This document shows, in pieces, positions 32,132 through 39,219 of a DNA stretch of 39,219 bases; positions within the stretch are counted from its first letter, which is position 1; every line of letters begins with the position of its first letter. The stretch lies in assembly GCA_028706835.1 (NCBI GenBank), contig JAQTVL010000002.1, positions 1-39,219 on the forward strand. Reading direction: 5' to 3'. The notes under the pieces were generated by a model, which was given only the letters and a program-made list of their open reading frames with translations, made no database searches and was not told where the DNA came from. The DNA comes from Phycisphaerae bacterium. Its GTDB lineage: Bacteria; Planctomycetota; Phycisphaerae; JAJVII01. Made by a program: the position numbers and the translations under genes.

Positions 32132-32169
32132 CGCGCGGGGCGGGCGGAAAGCCGCAAACTACCGATACA

Positions 32170-32193
32170 GTCGCAAAATCATTATTTTGCGAC
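32170..32193. promoter_or_regulatory. Perfect 10-bp-arm inverted repeat GTCGCAAAAT-CATT-ATTTTGCGAC
   Basis: Read directly. It ends 9 nt before the -35 of the plus-strand promoter candidate. AT-rich, operator-like. Confidence 0.45.
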
Positions 32194-32202
32194 CGATTTC
32201 GC

Positions 32203-32231
32203 TTGCCTTTTGGGCGAAGCGCGTCCATAAT
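32203..32231 (+). promoter_or_regulatory. Promoter candidate for the plus-strand block: TTGCCT-17 nt-CATAAT
   Basis: Hexamers read directly in an AT-richer stretch, about 125 nt upstream of the first plus-strand ATG. Confidence 0.35.
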
Positions 32232-32355
32232 AGACGTATGCAACCGCATCTGCACACTTTCGGCCGCTCGGGTGAAGCTCGGCAAGTGCCGAGCGCGGCC
32301 GCGTTTTCCGCCGCGCGTTCCGGACAGGAAGCGCGGCTAGAGCGGAGATAATCCC

Positions 32356-32550
32356 ATGTTCAAGGTAACGCTTCGGAAAGAGTACAGCACCTGGTACTGG
32401 TACACGCAAAATCCCAGCGGCGGGGGCTTCGGCAGTAACTTGCGCGGTTCACAAAAAAGCGCGCTCTACCAAGCGCTCCGCGGATTGCCGCCAGGAACAC
32501 AGTACCACCTGTGGATTAACGACCGGGATCACGGCACGTTCACGATTTAG
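32356..32550 (+). CDS. Hypothetical protein (64 aa)
   Basis: Track ORF. ATG preceded by GGAGATAATCCC. Aromatic-rich, non-Arg-biased. Confidence 0.55.
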   Translation: MFKVTLRKEYSTWYWYTQNPSGGGFGSNLRGSQKSALYQALRGLPPGTQYHLWINDRDHGTFTI

Positions 32551-32563
32551 ACAGGAGCCCATC

Positions 32564-33232
32564 ATGCAATCCTTCGCGGAGCAATATCGACCGGCGACGC
32601 TGGCCGACTACCTGGGGAATCCGAAGGCCGTCGCCGCGGCGCGGTTCTGGTTAGAACGCGGTTTGGGCGGGCTCGCGTTCTGGATTTCGGGCGCTTCGGG
32701 CGTGGGCAAAACCACGCTGGCAAAGATTCTCGCCGCGCAGGTCGCGGCGCCGCTGGCCATTGAAGAATACGACAGCGCGGACCAGCTCGACGCCGGCGAG
32801 CTGCGACGCATCGGCCGCGACATGTACTTTTACGGCCCGCACCCGGGCGGGCGGGTCTACATCGTCAACGAGGCGCACGGCCTGTCCAAGGCCAGCGTGC
32901 GCGGCCTGCTCGGCTTGCTCGAGCGTTTGCCCGCGCACGTCACGTTCATCTTTACGACGACCCGCCAGGGCGAAGCGCAGCTCTTCGACGGCATCGACGG
33001 CCGCCCGCTGGTCGATCGCTGCAAGCAAATCCCGCTCAGTAGCCAGGGGCTGGCCCCGATCTTCGCGGCCCGGCTGGTCGACGTCGGGCAGCGCGAAGGC
33101 TTTACGGTCCCGCTGGCGAAAGCCCGGGAAGTGATTTCCGACGGCAACAACAGCCTGCGCGCGGGCCTGGACTGGCTGGGCACGCCGCAGAGCATGGCCT
33201 ACCTAACCGCCGCGACCGAAGCCGCGGCCTAA
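32564..33232 (+). CDS. Clamp-loader-like AAA+ ATPase (RFC small subunit/DnaX-like core, 222 aa)
   Basis: FAEQYRPATLADYLGN (the YRP box of clamp loaders), Walker A GASGVGKTT, Walker B VYIVNEAH, sensor-1 FIFTTT, and an SRC-like LVDRCKQI. AGGAG RBS. Too short to include the C-terminal collar domain. Confidence 0.7.
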   Translation: MQSFAEQYRPATLADYLGNPKAVAAARFWLERGLGGLAFWISGASGVGKTTLAKILAAQVAAPLAIEEYDSADQLDAGELRRIGRDMYFYGPHPGGRVYIVNEAHGLSKASVRGLLGLLERLPAHVTFIFTTTRQGEAQLFDGIDGRPLVDRCKQIPLSSQGLAPIFAARLVDVGQREGFTVPLAKAREVISDGNNSLRAGLDWLGTPQSMAYLTAATEAAA

Positions 33233-33250
33233 CCAGAAAGGGACAGCCCG

Positions 33251-33466
33251 ATGTTCGCCTTGCAAGTTTCACGACAGCCGGTCGGCAGTGCCGCCGTGTT
33301 CTACGAATTCGTGCGCCGCGGCGACGGGACACTGGAGACTTTTCAGACGCATCACGAGGCCATCATGCACCGCCTGATTCTGCCCCGGCCGGACAGCGAC
33401 CTGATTCCCGATGTCCGGGCGGTGGATCTCCGCGACCCCGACTACGCGGCGTTGCGGATCGGCTGA
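33251..33466 (+). CDS. Hypothetical protein (71 aa)
   Basis: Track ORF, co-directional, with a weak AAGGGA RBS. Confidence 0.45.
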   Translation: MFALQVSRQPVGSAAVFYEFVRRGDGTLETFQTHHEAIMHRLILPRPDSDLIPDVRAVDLRDPDYAALRIG

Positions 33467-33612
33467 CCCGACCCGCGCCCGACCGCCGGCGAGCTGCCCG
33501 GCGGGAGGGCCTGGGCCGTGCCCGTAGCACGCCCAAACCAGAGCAGAATCGCCCCGCGGACGGAACAGGGAGCGCAGATCGTTCCCCACCCGGCCGCATT
33601 GGAGGTCGCGCC

Positions 33613-34314
33613 ATGGACTTTCACCTCGACGTGAGCAAGTTCCTGACCGAGCAGGAGGTCGCCGCTGTGCTGCGCGACGGCGACCGGCGGGCCAAACGCT
33701 CGCCGCTCACCGCCCAGCAGCTCATCATCTTTCGCCTGGCCACGGGCGCCGGCCTGCGTGCCAGCACGATCGCCGGCCTGCGCCTGATCGACCTGCACCT
33801 GGACAGCGACCCACCGCTGATCCGCATCCCCAACGGCATCGCCAAACGCCGCCGCAATGGCCCCGGCAAACGCCGCAAGCCCACGCTGGTGCCGCTGGCC
33901 TGGTCGGAGTCCACCCTGCTGGCTCTGCGGGCCTGGAAGGCCCAGCGGCTCGCCGGCGGGGCCACGCCGGCCGACCTGGTGGTCTGCTCCAGCTCCGGCC
34001 GCCCGCTCGACCGCCGCCACGTCCGCGACAAGTTCCGCGCCCTGCTGCGCGGAACACGAGACGCGGACGGCGCGCCGGTCTTTCCCGCGGAGCGCCTCCA
34101 GGGGCTGACGACGCACACCGGCCGCCACACGTTCGCTTCGCTCGCGCTGAAGGCCGGACACACACTAGCGGAAGTCAGTCAGGCCCTCGGTCACAGCTCG
34201 ACGGCGGTGACGGCGGTGTATCTCCACGCGGACCCCGAAGGCTTCGCGCGCCGCGGCGAGCTGCTCGGCGCCGCGCTCCAAACCGAACCAAAACCGACCC
34301 CGAGCGGAGCCTGA
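33613..34314 (+). CDS. int: Tyrosine recombinase/integrase, short form (233 aa, catalytic domain only)
   Basis: Catalytic signature in order: TGAGLRASTIAGLR (Arg I), HTGRHTFAS (H-x-x-R), LGHSSTAVTAVYLH (His/Tyr nucleophile). ATG preceded by GGAGGTCGCGCC. Confidence 0.85.
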   Translation: MDFHLDVSKFLTEQEVAAVLRDGDRRAKRSPLTAQQLIIFRLATGAGLRASTIAGLRLIDLHLDSDPPLIRIPNGIAKRRRNGPGKRRKPTLVPLAWSESTLLALRAWKAQRLAGGATPADLVVCSSSGRPLDRRHVRDKFRALLRGTRDADGAPVFPAERLQGLTTHTGRHTFASLALKAGHTLAEVSQALGHSSTAVTAVYLHADPEGFARRGELLGAALQTEPKPTPSGA

Positions 34315-34393
34315 ACCGCCCCGCCAACGACCGCGCCCCTAACCCGCCCCCAAAACTCGCGCCTCACCCTCCCCCGCGTGCGTTGAGGCGCTT

Positions 34394-34700
34394 CCGTTCC
34401 ATCGTGTTCCGAGCCCCGGCAGAACTGTGAACACCGTAATATACGTCCAACACTGCACTTACGCACCGTGTTCCACTTGTTCACTCTGTTCCGACCAAAC
34501 AGCCTACGTATAGAGAGCGCTGGGGGACCGTTCATCGTGAATAGGCACCTAGAGAAAACCCTACAGGCGCGCGAGATTTGACTGAACACAGGAACACAGT
34601 CTGATAATCATACACAAGTCCTTATCACTGGGTATGTTAGAGTGTTCCAAACCTGTTCCACTTTCAATTTATGTTCCAAGTTGAGGATGGAACAGCCTAC
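34394..34700. repeat. Iteron field: at least 8 perfect TGTTCC/GGAACA plus 3 TGTTCA/TGAACA copies in both orientations, in an AT-richer non-coding region (34315-34990). attP arm-site or centromere/origin candidate
   Basis: Direct copies at 34405, 34469, 34487, 34643, 34654 and 34672; inverted copies at 34591 and 34689; variants at 34428, 34478 and 34583. Also AACAGCCTAC x2 (34498, 34691), GGTATGTTAG x2 (34631, 34853) and TATAGAG(A)GCGC x2 (34509, 34916). Confidence 0.6.
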
Positions 34701-34991
34701 AAATATTAAATGTAGGTTTACGGGAGCGGGGGTTTTTAACCGCTTGAAGTATGTGATTGTGCTAATCCGTAATCGCGCACGGGTTTTGCGACTCGCGCCG
34801 TACGGTAACGCCTCCACCAGTAGTAGAACGCAGCATGAGGCCCACAAATAGTGGTATGTTAGGTGTGGGCCGCACTTCCCATTGTGAGGTTTCAGGAGCC
34901 TCGCACTCACTTCCTATATAGAGCGCGGGCCGGCGCCCAGAACGCTCTTGGCAACCGGCCCGCGGCCCTTTCAGCAGGTGGGATTATCTCC

Positions 34992-35795
34992 CTATGTGCG
35001 CATGCCTTCCTTTCTGCCCTGACGGGCGTTGGTGTGAGCTGGACCGCTCCCAGCGAGCAGGTCCACGTGCGGCTTGAAACCGCATTCTGGATGCCAGGAA
35101 CGCTCCCCCGCCGCCATGTCGATAGCGTACCACACGCCGTTTTGTCCCAGCGCAAAGTCGATCGACCAATATCCCCGGCGAAACTCAGGCAAGGAGGCCA
35201 CCGCCTGGGCGTGCGCCGTCAACGTCACTAGCTCATCGGCCGGCTCTTGGTTTAAGAACGCCAGCGCCTGAATCCAATCGGGCGGCAGTTCGCCCCGCTC
35301 GGCCAGGGGCAACAATGCTCCTGCGGGCCAATACGGATGATGGCACACCACTTGACCGTCGCGGATGAAATAACGCCGTTCACGTGCGATCGGCAATCCT
35401 CGCCAGGCCGAAAAGCCGCTTACCAGCGGCACAAACTGACGTACCGCAAAGACCTCACCAGGACGCGGGCCCAGTCCGTTGCAGGCGAGCCAATCTACGA
35501 TCGCTACCACGTGCGCCGACATCTCCGGCCGGTTCAACTTCGCCAAATAGCACGTACGCGACCAGTCATGCTTTGCACTGCCGAGCCCCGCCCTCACAAA
35601 CACTGGTGCCCCGAAGCTCTCAGCGATCGCAAGCAACTCTGTTATGAAATCATCCCAGCCAGCGGGGCGTTTTCCGTTCAGCAAGGCCCACAAATCCCCC
35701 TGCGCGCGCAAGGTGCGAGTCCGGGGAGTCGGGACCACGGGCAGAATGGCCGGATACCAGTAGCTGATGCAACTGGGCTCCACGAGCTGCGTCAT
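34992..35795 (-). CDS. ATP-grasp-like (R2K-type) protein candidate (267 aa)
   Basis: Track ORF. ATGA overlap with the upstream stop. PVFVRAGLGSAKHDW, EVFAVRQFVPL, ERRYFIRDGQVV and WSIDFALGQNGVWYAIDMAAGERSW resemble the Lys, hinge and Mg-binding blocks of small phage ATP-grasp proteins. Assigned from memory only. Confidence 0.45.
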   Translation of the reverse strand: MTQLVEPSCISYWYPAILPVVPTPRTRTLRAQGDLWALLNGKRPAGWDDFITELLAIAESFGAPVFVRAGLGSAKHDWSRTCYLAKLNRPEMSAHVVAIVDWLACNGLGPRPGEVFAVRQFVPLVSGFSAWRGLPIARERRYFIRDGQVVCHHPYWPAGALLPLAERGELPPDWIQALAFLNQEPADELVTLTAHAQAVASLPEFRRGYWSIDFALGQNGVWYAIDMAAGERSWHPECGFKPHVDLLAGSGPAHTNARQGRKEGMRT

Positions 35796-37000
35796 GGCTC
35801 CACCGAGGCCGGACCGACGTACACCGGCGTCGCGGTCCCGCTCCAGCCGTACGGCACGCTCGCCTCGTAGTACCCATTTGCATCCGTGATCGGATCACCA
35901 GGCAGCCCGCTCAACCACACGCCCGCCAGCGGCAGTCCCTCCGCAGTCCGCACGGTCCCGCTGATCTTCCGCGGCGGCTGCACGATCGTGATGAAGGCAT
36001 TGATATCCCGCAACGCCGGATAAGTCCCGTCGCCGTCTGCGTCGCCGTTGGCGGCCGGACAGCCCGGATATTTTCGCTGCCAGCCGGGCAGGTCGGACAG
36101 ATACTGCACAAATGGGTTGAGATCCCCAAAGTCCGCGACGCCGTCGCAGTTGCAGTCCCCCGTCACATACGGACGCAGCGGCCCGGGTCTCCAGTTCGGG
36201 CCGCCAAAGTTCGCGAGGTCGTCGACGTCCGCCCGCGGATAAAACCAGCAATCCCCCGCGGCGATCCGCGTCATGTACCGCCGATCCCGGAGCGCTCCGA
36301 GCACGTAGCCCGGCAGGTAGCCATAGCCCTGGGCCGTCGCCCAGACCCGCCGCTGGGCTTCCACGCCGGCGTTGCACCAGTAGGGCCACTCGTCGCACAG
36401 GATCACCGTGGCGCCGCCCAGCCGGGCGTTGTACGCGATCGCCAGGCTCAGCAGATACTCCGGCCCGCCCGGCAAAATGTACAGCGTGCGGGCGCCCACG
36501 CTCTGCCACGGGGCCGTGGCGGCGCAGAGAATTTCCCAGTCCGCATCCGGGTACCAGTGTTCGGGATCGCGATAGGGCTCCGTGTCGATGACCAGCGCAT
36601 CGGCGCTGCCTGCACCGCTCAGCGTCGCGGCGACCTCGCTTGCGTGCCAGGCCTCCAAGTACAGCAGTGCTCGCCCCGCCGGCGTACCGTTCGGCTGCGA
36701 TACCCAGCGGCCCGCGGCGACCTGCCAGCCATAGCCGTGCAGCGGGGCGATCGCAGCCGGCAGGCTCGGCTCCCCGCCGGGTCCCGCAATCACCAAGGCC
36801 CCGGTGACGACACTGGCCGGCCCGGTGTGGGGATACTGGCCGCTGGCGGAGGGGTGTACAAACAGCCAGCGTTGTGGCGTGGGCCTCGCCGGCCGGGCTT
36901 CGGCCCGTTCCGTGGGGGGCGACACCGGCTGCGGATAGCGGCTGGCCGGCGTCGCGCACCCGGCCAGGAGCAGGGCTACAAGGTACGGTCTGGATCGCAT
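35792..37000 (-). CDS. Secreted lipoprotein with dockerin-like Ca-binding repeats and a CarboxypepD_reg-like C-terminal domain (402 aa)
   Basis: MRSRPYLVALLLAGC (lipobox). GDCNCDGVADFGDLNPFVQY and ANGDADGDGTYPALRDINAFI are dockerin/EF-hand-like repeats. ISGTVRTAEGLPLAGVWL is a carboxypeptidase-regulatory-like beta-sandwich start. GGAG RBS. Confidence 0.7.
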   Translation of the reverse strand: MRSRPYLVALLLAGCATPASRYPQPVSPPTERAEARPARPTPQRWLFVHPSASGQYPHTGPASVVTGALVIAGPGGEPSLPAAIAPLHGYGWQVAAGRWVSQPNGTPAGRALLYLEAWHASEVAATLSGAGSADALVIDTEPYRDPEHWYPDADWEILCAATAPWQSVGARTLYILPGGPEYLLSLAIAYNARLGGATVILCDEWPYWCNAGVEAQRRVWATAQGYGYLPGYVLGALRDRRYMTRIAAGDCWFYPRADVDDLANFGGPNWRPGPLRPYVTGDCNCDGVADFGDLNPFVQYLSDLPGWQRKYPGCPAANGDADGDGTYPALRDINAFITIVQPPRKISGTVRTAEGLPLAGVWLSGLPGDPITDANGYYEASVPYGWSGTATPVYVGPASVEP

Positions 37001-37473
37001 GGCATCGTCTCCACAAACCCCGCCGCATACTCACTGGCCCGCCGAACGTGCCCGGCGGGGTCGAGGCAGGTCGCCTCGGCGAAAACGTCGTTGGGCACGT
37101 CGAAAAAGCGTTGCGCGCCCGGCCAACGCAGCGGCTGCACGAAATGCCACGGCCGCTGGACCACGTAGCAGATTGGCCCCCGCAGGTTCAAGCGCAGCAG
37201 CCAGTTGAATTCGGGCTGCCGATCGAGCACGTGGCCCAGCCCGTGCAGGTGGAACGCAAGCACGATGTCCACCAGCCCGAGCAAGCAGCCCCACGCCTGG
37301 TCGTCCGGGAGCGGCTGGTGAAACCAGGCGAAGCGGTGGTCCCACTCCCGGGACCGGCCGGCGTGAATCAGGCACGGTCCGGTCCGCCGCGCAAACCAGC
37401 TCCGCTGCTCGACCGGATACCAGCCCCGCACCAGCCCGTCCGCATAGGGGCGCCGGACCGTCAGGGCTTGCAC
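36976..37473 (-). CDS. ASCH (PUA-like) domain protein (165 aa)
   Basis: The N-terminus QALTVRRPYADGLVRGWYPVEQRSWFARRTGPCLIHAG matches the ASCH pattern (alsirqPwa..i..G.K..E.R.w....G.l.IHa). GTG start at 37473. Confidence 0.6.
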   Translation of the reverse strand: MQALTVRRPYADGLVRGWYPVEQRSWFARRTGPCLIHAGRSREWDHRFAWFHQPLPDDQAWGCLLGLVDIVLAFHLHGLGHVLDRQPEFNWLLRLNLRGPICYVVQRPWHFVQPLRWPGAQRFFDVPNDVFAEATCLDPAGHVRRASEYAAGFVETMPCDPDRTL

Positions 37474-37703
37474 GGCGCACCTGCCATTTCATTTTGAAAC
37501 GCCGGCCGCACACGGGCCAGCTTGCAGCGCAGCTCCCACGCTGTGATGCGCGCCCCCAGGGCCTTGCGCCGCCGGCCGTAGGCTTCCGCTTTCTCCAAAT
37601 CCAGGCGCGAGGCCGCCACGGCCGCACACACCGGGAACAGTTCTTCCTGCTGCGCGAGCAGCGCCCGCGCCTCGGTGAGCAGCTCTTCGCATTCAGCGTC
37701 CAT
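37461..37703 (-). CDS. Small helical protein (80 aa)
   Basis: The ATG at 37703 is preceded by GGAGGAACCCCCCG: MDAECEELLTEARALLAQQEELF... It overlaps the stop of the NTPase gene. Confidence 0.45.
   Translation of the reverse strand: MDAECEELLTEARALLAQQEELFPVCAAVAASRLDLEKAEAYGRRRKALGARITAWELRCKLARVRPAFQNEMAGAPCKP
37486..37500. promoter_or_regulatory. parS-like palindrome copy 5 (degenerate): ATTTCA-TTT-TGAAAC
   Basis: Read directly, 12 nt upstream of the ASCH start, inside the last codons of the preceding small ORF. Confidence 0.3.
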
Positions 37704-39219
37704 CGGGGGGTTCCTCCGGCGCGAGATACGGCAGCACGCCGCCGCCGCCATGCGTCTGCTCGTCATCCTGCACCTGCCGTTCGGTGCCGATCAGTTCGTG
37801 CACCACGGCCCGCGGCACGCCCAGCATCGAAGCCGGAATACTGTCCACGTTAAAGCTCATGCGCACGCGCGTCCGCAGGCCTTTCTGACTGGGCGTGTGA
37901 TACAGCCAGCCGTTGTCGTTCCAGATGCGGATGACGCGCTTGGGGTCGATATGCGCCCGGCCCAGTACCTCGTTGATCGTCGCGTCCGCGAAAAAGATGG
38001 GCGTTTTCTGGCCCACGTCGTAGCGCCCCCGCCAGCCTTGACCGGGCGGTTTGTCATTTTTGGCCCCCACCGTCAGGTCGAAATAGGCGTCCCGGTGCGT
38101 GGCCGCGTCCTGCAGCAGGAGCTGCATCGCGATGCGGGCCGTGTCGCTGGCGGTAATCCCCTGCTGCACCGCCGGGCCGAGCACCTCCCACAAGTCGAGC
38201 ACGTCCCACGGCAAACCCAGCGCCGGGTGGGCGAGGTCCGCCGTGATCTGCAGGATGGCCAGGTTACGGGCCATGCGCCCCGCCAGGTGCTCGCCGGCCC
38301 CGCCGGCCTGCCGAAACGCCTCGGCAAACCCGGCCTGCGACGCTACGAGGGCGGCCTGCCACTGCGGCAATTGCTCCCAGTGCGCCAGGAGCCAGGCCAC
38401 GAACCGCGGCACCGCGTGCCCGTAGTTTTGCTCGACGGCCGCGGCCACGTGCTGCACGAGTTGCCCGGTCGCGGCGCTGGTCTCGCCCCAGGGCTTGCCC
38501 CACATATTGATCACGCGCAGCTTGGACCCCTCGGCGTCGTCGGCGAACTCGGTCATCGGCTGCTCGCCGGTGGACAGCAGCGTCGAGTCCCAGTAGCCCG
38601 GACGCTCCATCCCGGGCGACCCGTCGGCTTTCTTGCGGGCCCGCTCTTTGCCCTTGGTGTACTCGTAAATCACGTTCTGCAGCATGGCCTGGTCGCGGAC
38701 TTCCTTGGTGTCGTCCACGAACAGCGGCACGTTCCGCAGGGTGGCCGCGCGGGCAATGAGCGCATTGATCGTCGCCGACCAGCTCTCCAGGGCCTTGTCC
38801 CGGGCCGTGTCGTCGGGGTTCCCGGCCGTCGAGGCCGCGACCTTGAGCGCGATCGTCTTGCCGGTCGACGTCCGCGCCGCCCACTCGATGATCAGCGACG
38901 GCACGTGCAACGGCTGCATCAGGACCGCGGCCAAAGCGGCATAGATCCCGACGCACACCAGCGGGAACCGTTCCAGCCCCGCCAGCGCCGCCAGCCAGCC
39001 CTCGTACGTCCCGCCCACGCCATACGCCGCCGCCAGGCTCTCATCCCCGGGCGACGCCGGGCGAAAGAGCAATTCGTCCGCCCGCCAGCTCTGCGGGTCG
39101 CTGCCGCCGGCCTCACGCAGGCCCTGCCGGTCGATCACCTGTTTGCCGATCAGAAATCGCGGCCCGGGCTGCCAGCCCATCGCGCGGGTGAATTCCGCCC
39201 GCGGCAGGACGCCCGCATT
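37693..39219 (-). CDS. P-loop NTPase of the phage/plasmid primase-helicase type (DUF927/P4-alpha-like); frame still open at the window edge
   Basis: Walker A EWAARTSTGKTIALKVAAS, Walker B NVPLFVDDTKE, and the preceding GTYEGWLAALAGLERFPLVCVGIYAALAAVL block typical of this family (from memory). The frame stays open upstream of the ATG at 39180 (..NAGVLPRAEFTRA-MGWQ..). Confidence 0.7.
   Translation of the reverse strand, partial: NAGVLPRAEFTRAMGWQPGPRFLIGKQVIDRQGLREAGGSDPQSWRADELLFRPASPGDESLAAAYGVGGTYEGWLAALAGLERFPLVCVGIYAALAAVLMQPLHVPSLIIEWAARTSTGKTIALKVAASTAGNPDDTARDKALESWSATINALIARAATLRNVPLFVDDTKEVRDQAMLQNVIYEYTKGKERARKKADGSPGMERPGYWDSTLLSTGEQPMTEFADDAEGSKLRVINMWGKPWGETSAATGQLVQHVAAAVEQNYGHAVPRFVAWLLAHWEQLPQWQAALVASQAGFAEAFRQAGGAGEHLAGRMARNLAILQITADLAHPALGLPWDVLDLWEVLGPAVQQGITASDTARIAMQLLLQDAATHRDAYFDLTVGAKNDKPPGQGWRGRYDVGQKTPIFFADATINEVLGRAHIDPKRVIRIWNDNGWLYHTPSQKGLRTRVRMSFNVDSIPASMLGVPRAVVHELIGTERQVQDDEQTHGGGGVLPYLAPEEPPDGR

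Larger units (their letters stand above)
1..39219. mobile_element. Temperate tailed-phage genome segment (free/circularly permuted genome or prophage); every recognisable gene in the window is phage-type
   Basis: Contiguous terminase-portal-scaffold-capsid-tail/ejection module, tyrosine integrase, ParB-like, primase and P-loop NTPase genes. Densely packed, translationally coupled minus-strand operons. No obvious host housekeeping genes. Confidence 0.85.

Noticed and set aside
31817-32351. ORFs in the divergent region (101 aa minus; 108, 138 and 118 aa plus)
   Set aside because: They are Arg/Ala/Gly-rich, lack RBSs and span palindromes. The region is better explained as regulatory.
34608-34910. 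100-aa minus and 69-aa plus ORFs in the AT-richer island
   Set aside because: They have implausible composition (Cys/His/Leu-rich, no RBS) and simply read through the iterons.
1-39219. Apparent over-representation of GCGATCGC (HIP1-like octamer; about 11 copies noticed by eye)
   Set aside because: It is most simply explained by GC-rich codon usage (Ala-Ile-Ala, GCG ATC GCC) in coding DNA. It cannot be evaluated without a proper background model.
39113-39219. Treating the two edge ORFs as one continuous primase-helicase gene across a circular junction
   Set aside because: Direct joining leaves the frames one nucleotide out of register, so a single uninterrupted ORF is not supported by the sequence as given. 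Kept only as a hypothesis in the findings.

Overview
Annotated by eye, so coordinates of short motifs may be off by 1-2 nt. The window is GC-rich (roughly two-thirds G+C by eye) with a few AT-richer islands. It is filled end to end by one temperate tailed-phage genome or prophage. Nearly all genes lie on the minus strand in tightly coupled operons with ATGA/GTGA/TGATG stop-start overlaps.

Gene order, right to left on the minus strand:
- P-loop (DUF927/P4-alpha-like) NTPase, open at the right edge
- small ORF, ASCH protein, secreted dockerin-like lipoprotein, ATP-grasp-like protein
- AT-richer region packed with TGTTCC iterons (att or centromere-like)
- short plus-strand block: small ORF, clamp-loader-like AAA+, small ORF, short tyrosine integrase
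- divergent switch region
- small ORF, motif-degenerate Dam-like protein, two lipoproteins, DHH/DHHA1 phosphoesterase
- initiator-like tRNA(CAU)
- fibre-like protein with 48-bp tandem repeats, small ORFs
- large terminase, portal, scaffold, major capsid
- about ten tail/ejection proteins, including a tail-collar fibre and a 1114-aa protein
- two small membrane proteins, a ParB-like protein, small ORFs
- an AEP primase-like gene that runs off the left edge

Most unusual signals:
1. Five dispersed parS-like palindromes (TGTTTCA-N3-TGAAACA). They share arms with canonical parS but have an odd 3-nt centre. They sit at gene starts or the switch region, next to a phage ParB-like gene.
2. (TGAACCC)n heptamer arrays in five spacers between co-directional genes. 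One forms a long hairpin after the capsid gene and two flank a micro-ORF upstream of the terminase.
3. A phage tRNA(CAU) carrying bacterial initiator identity elements.
4. A phage DHH/DHHA1 phosphoesterase.
5. Replication genes split across the two window ends, which suggests a circular or permuted molecule.

The long plus-strand ORFs in the track are Arg/Gly/Pro-rich antisense shadows and were rejected. No CRISPR array, rRNA or transposase was seen.
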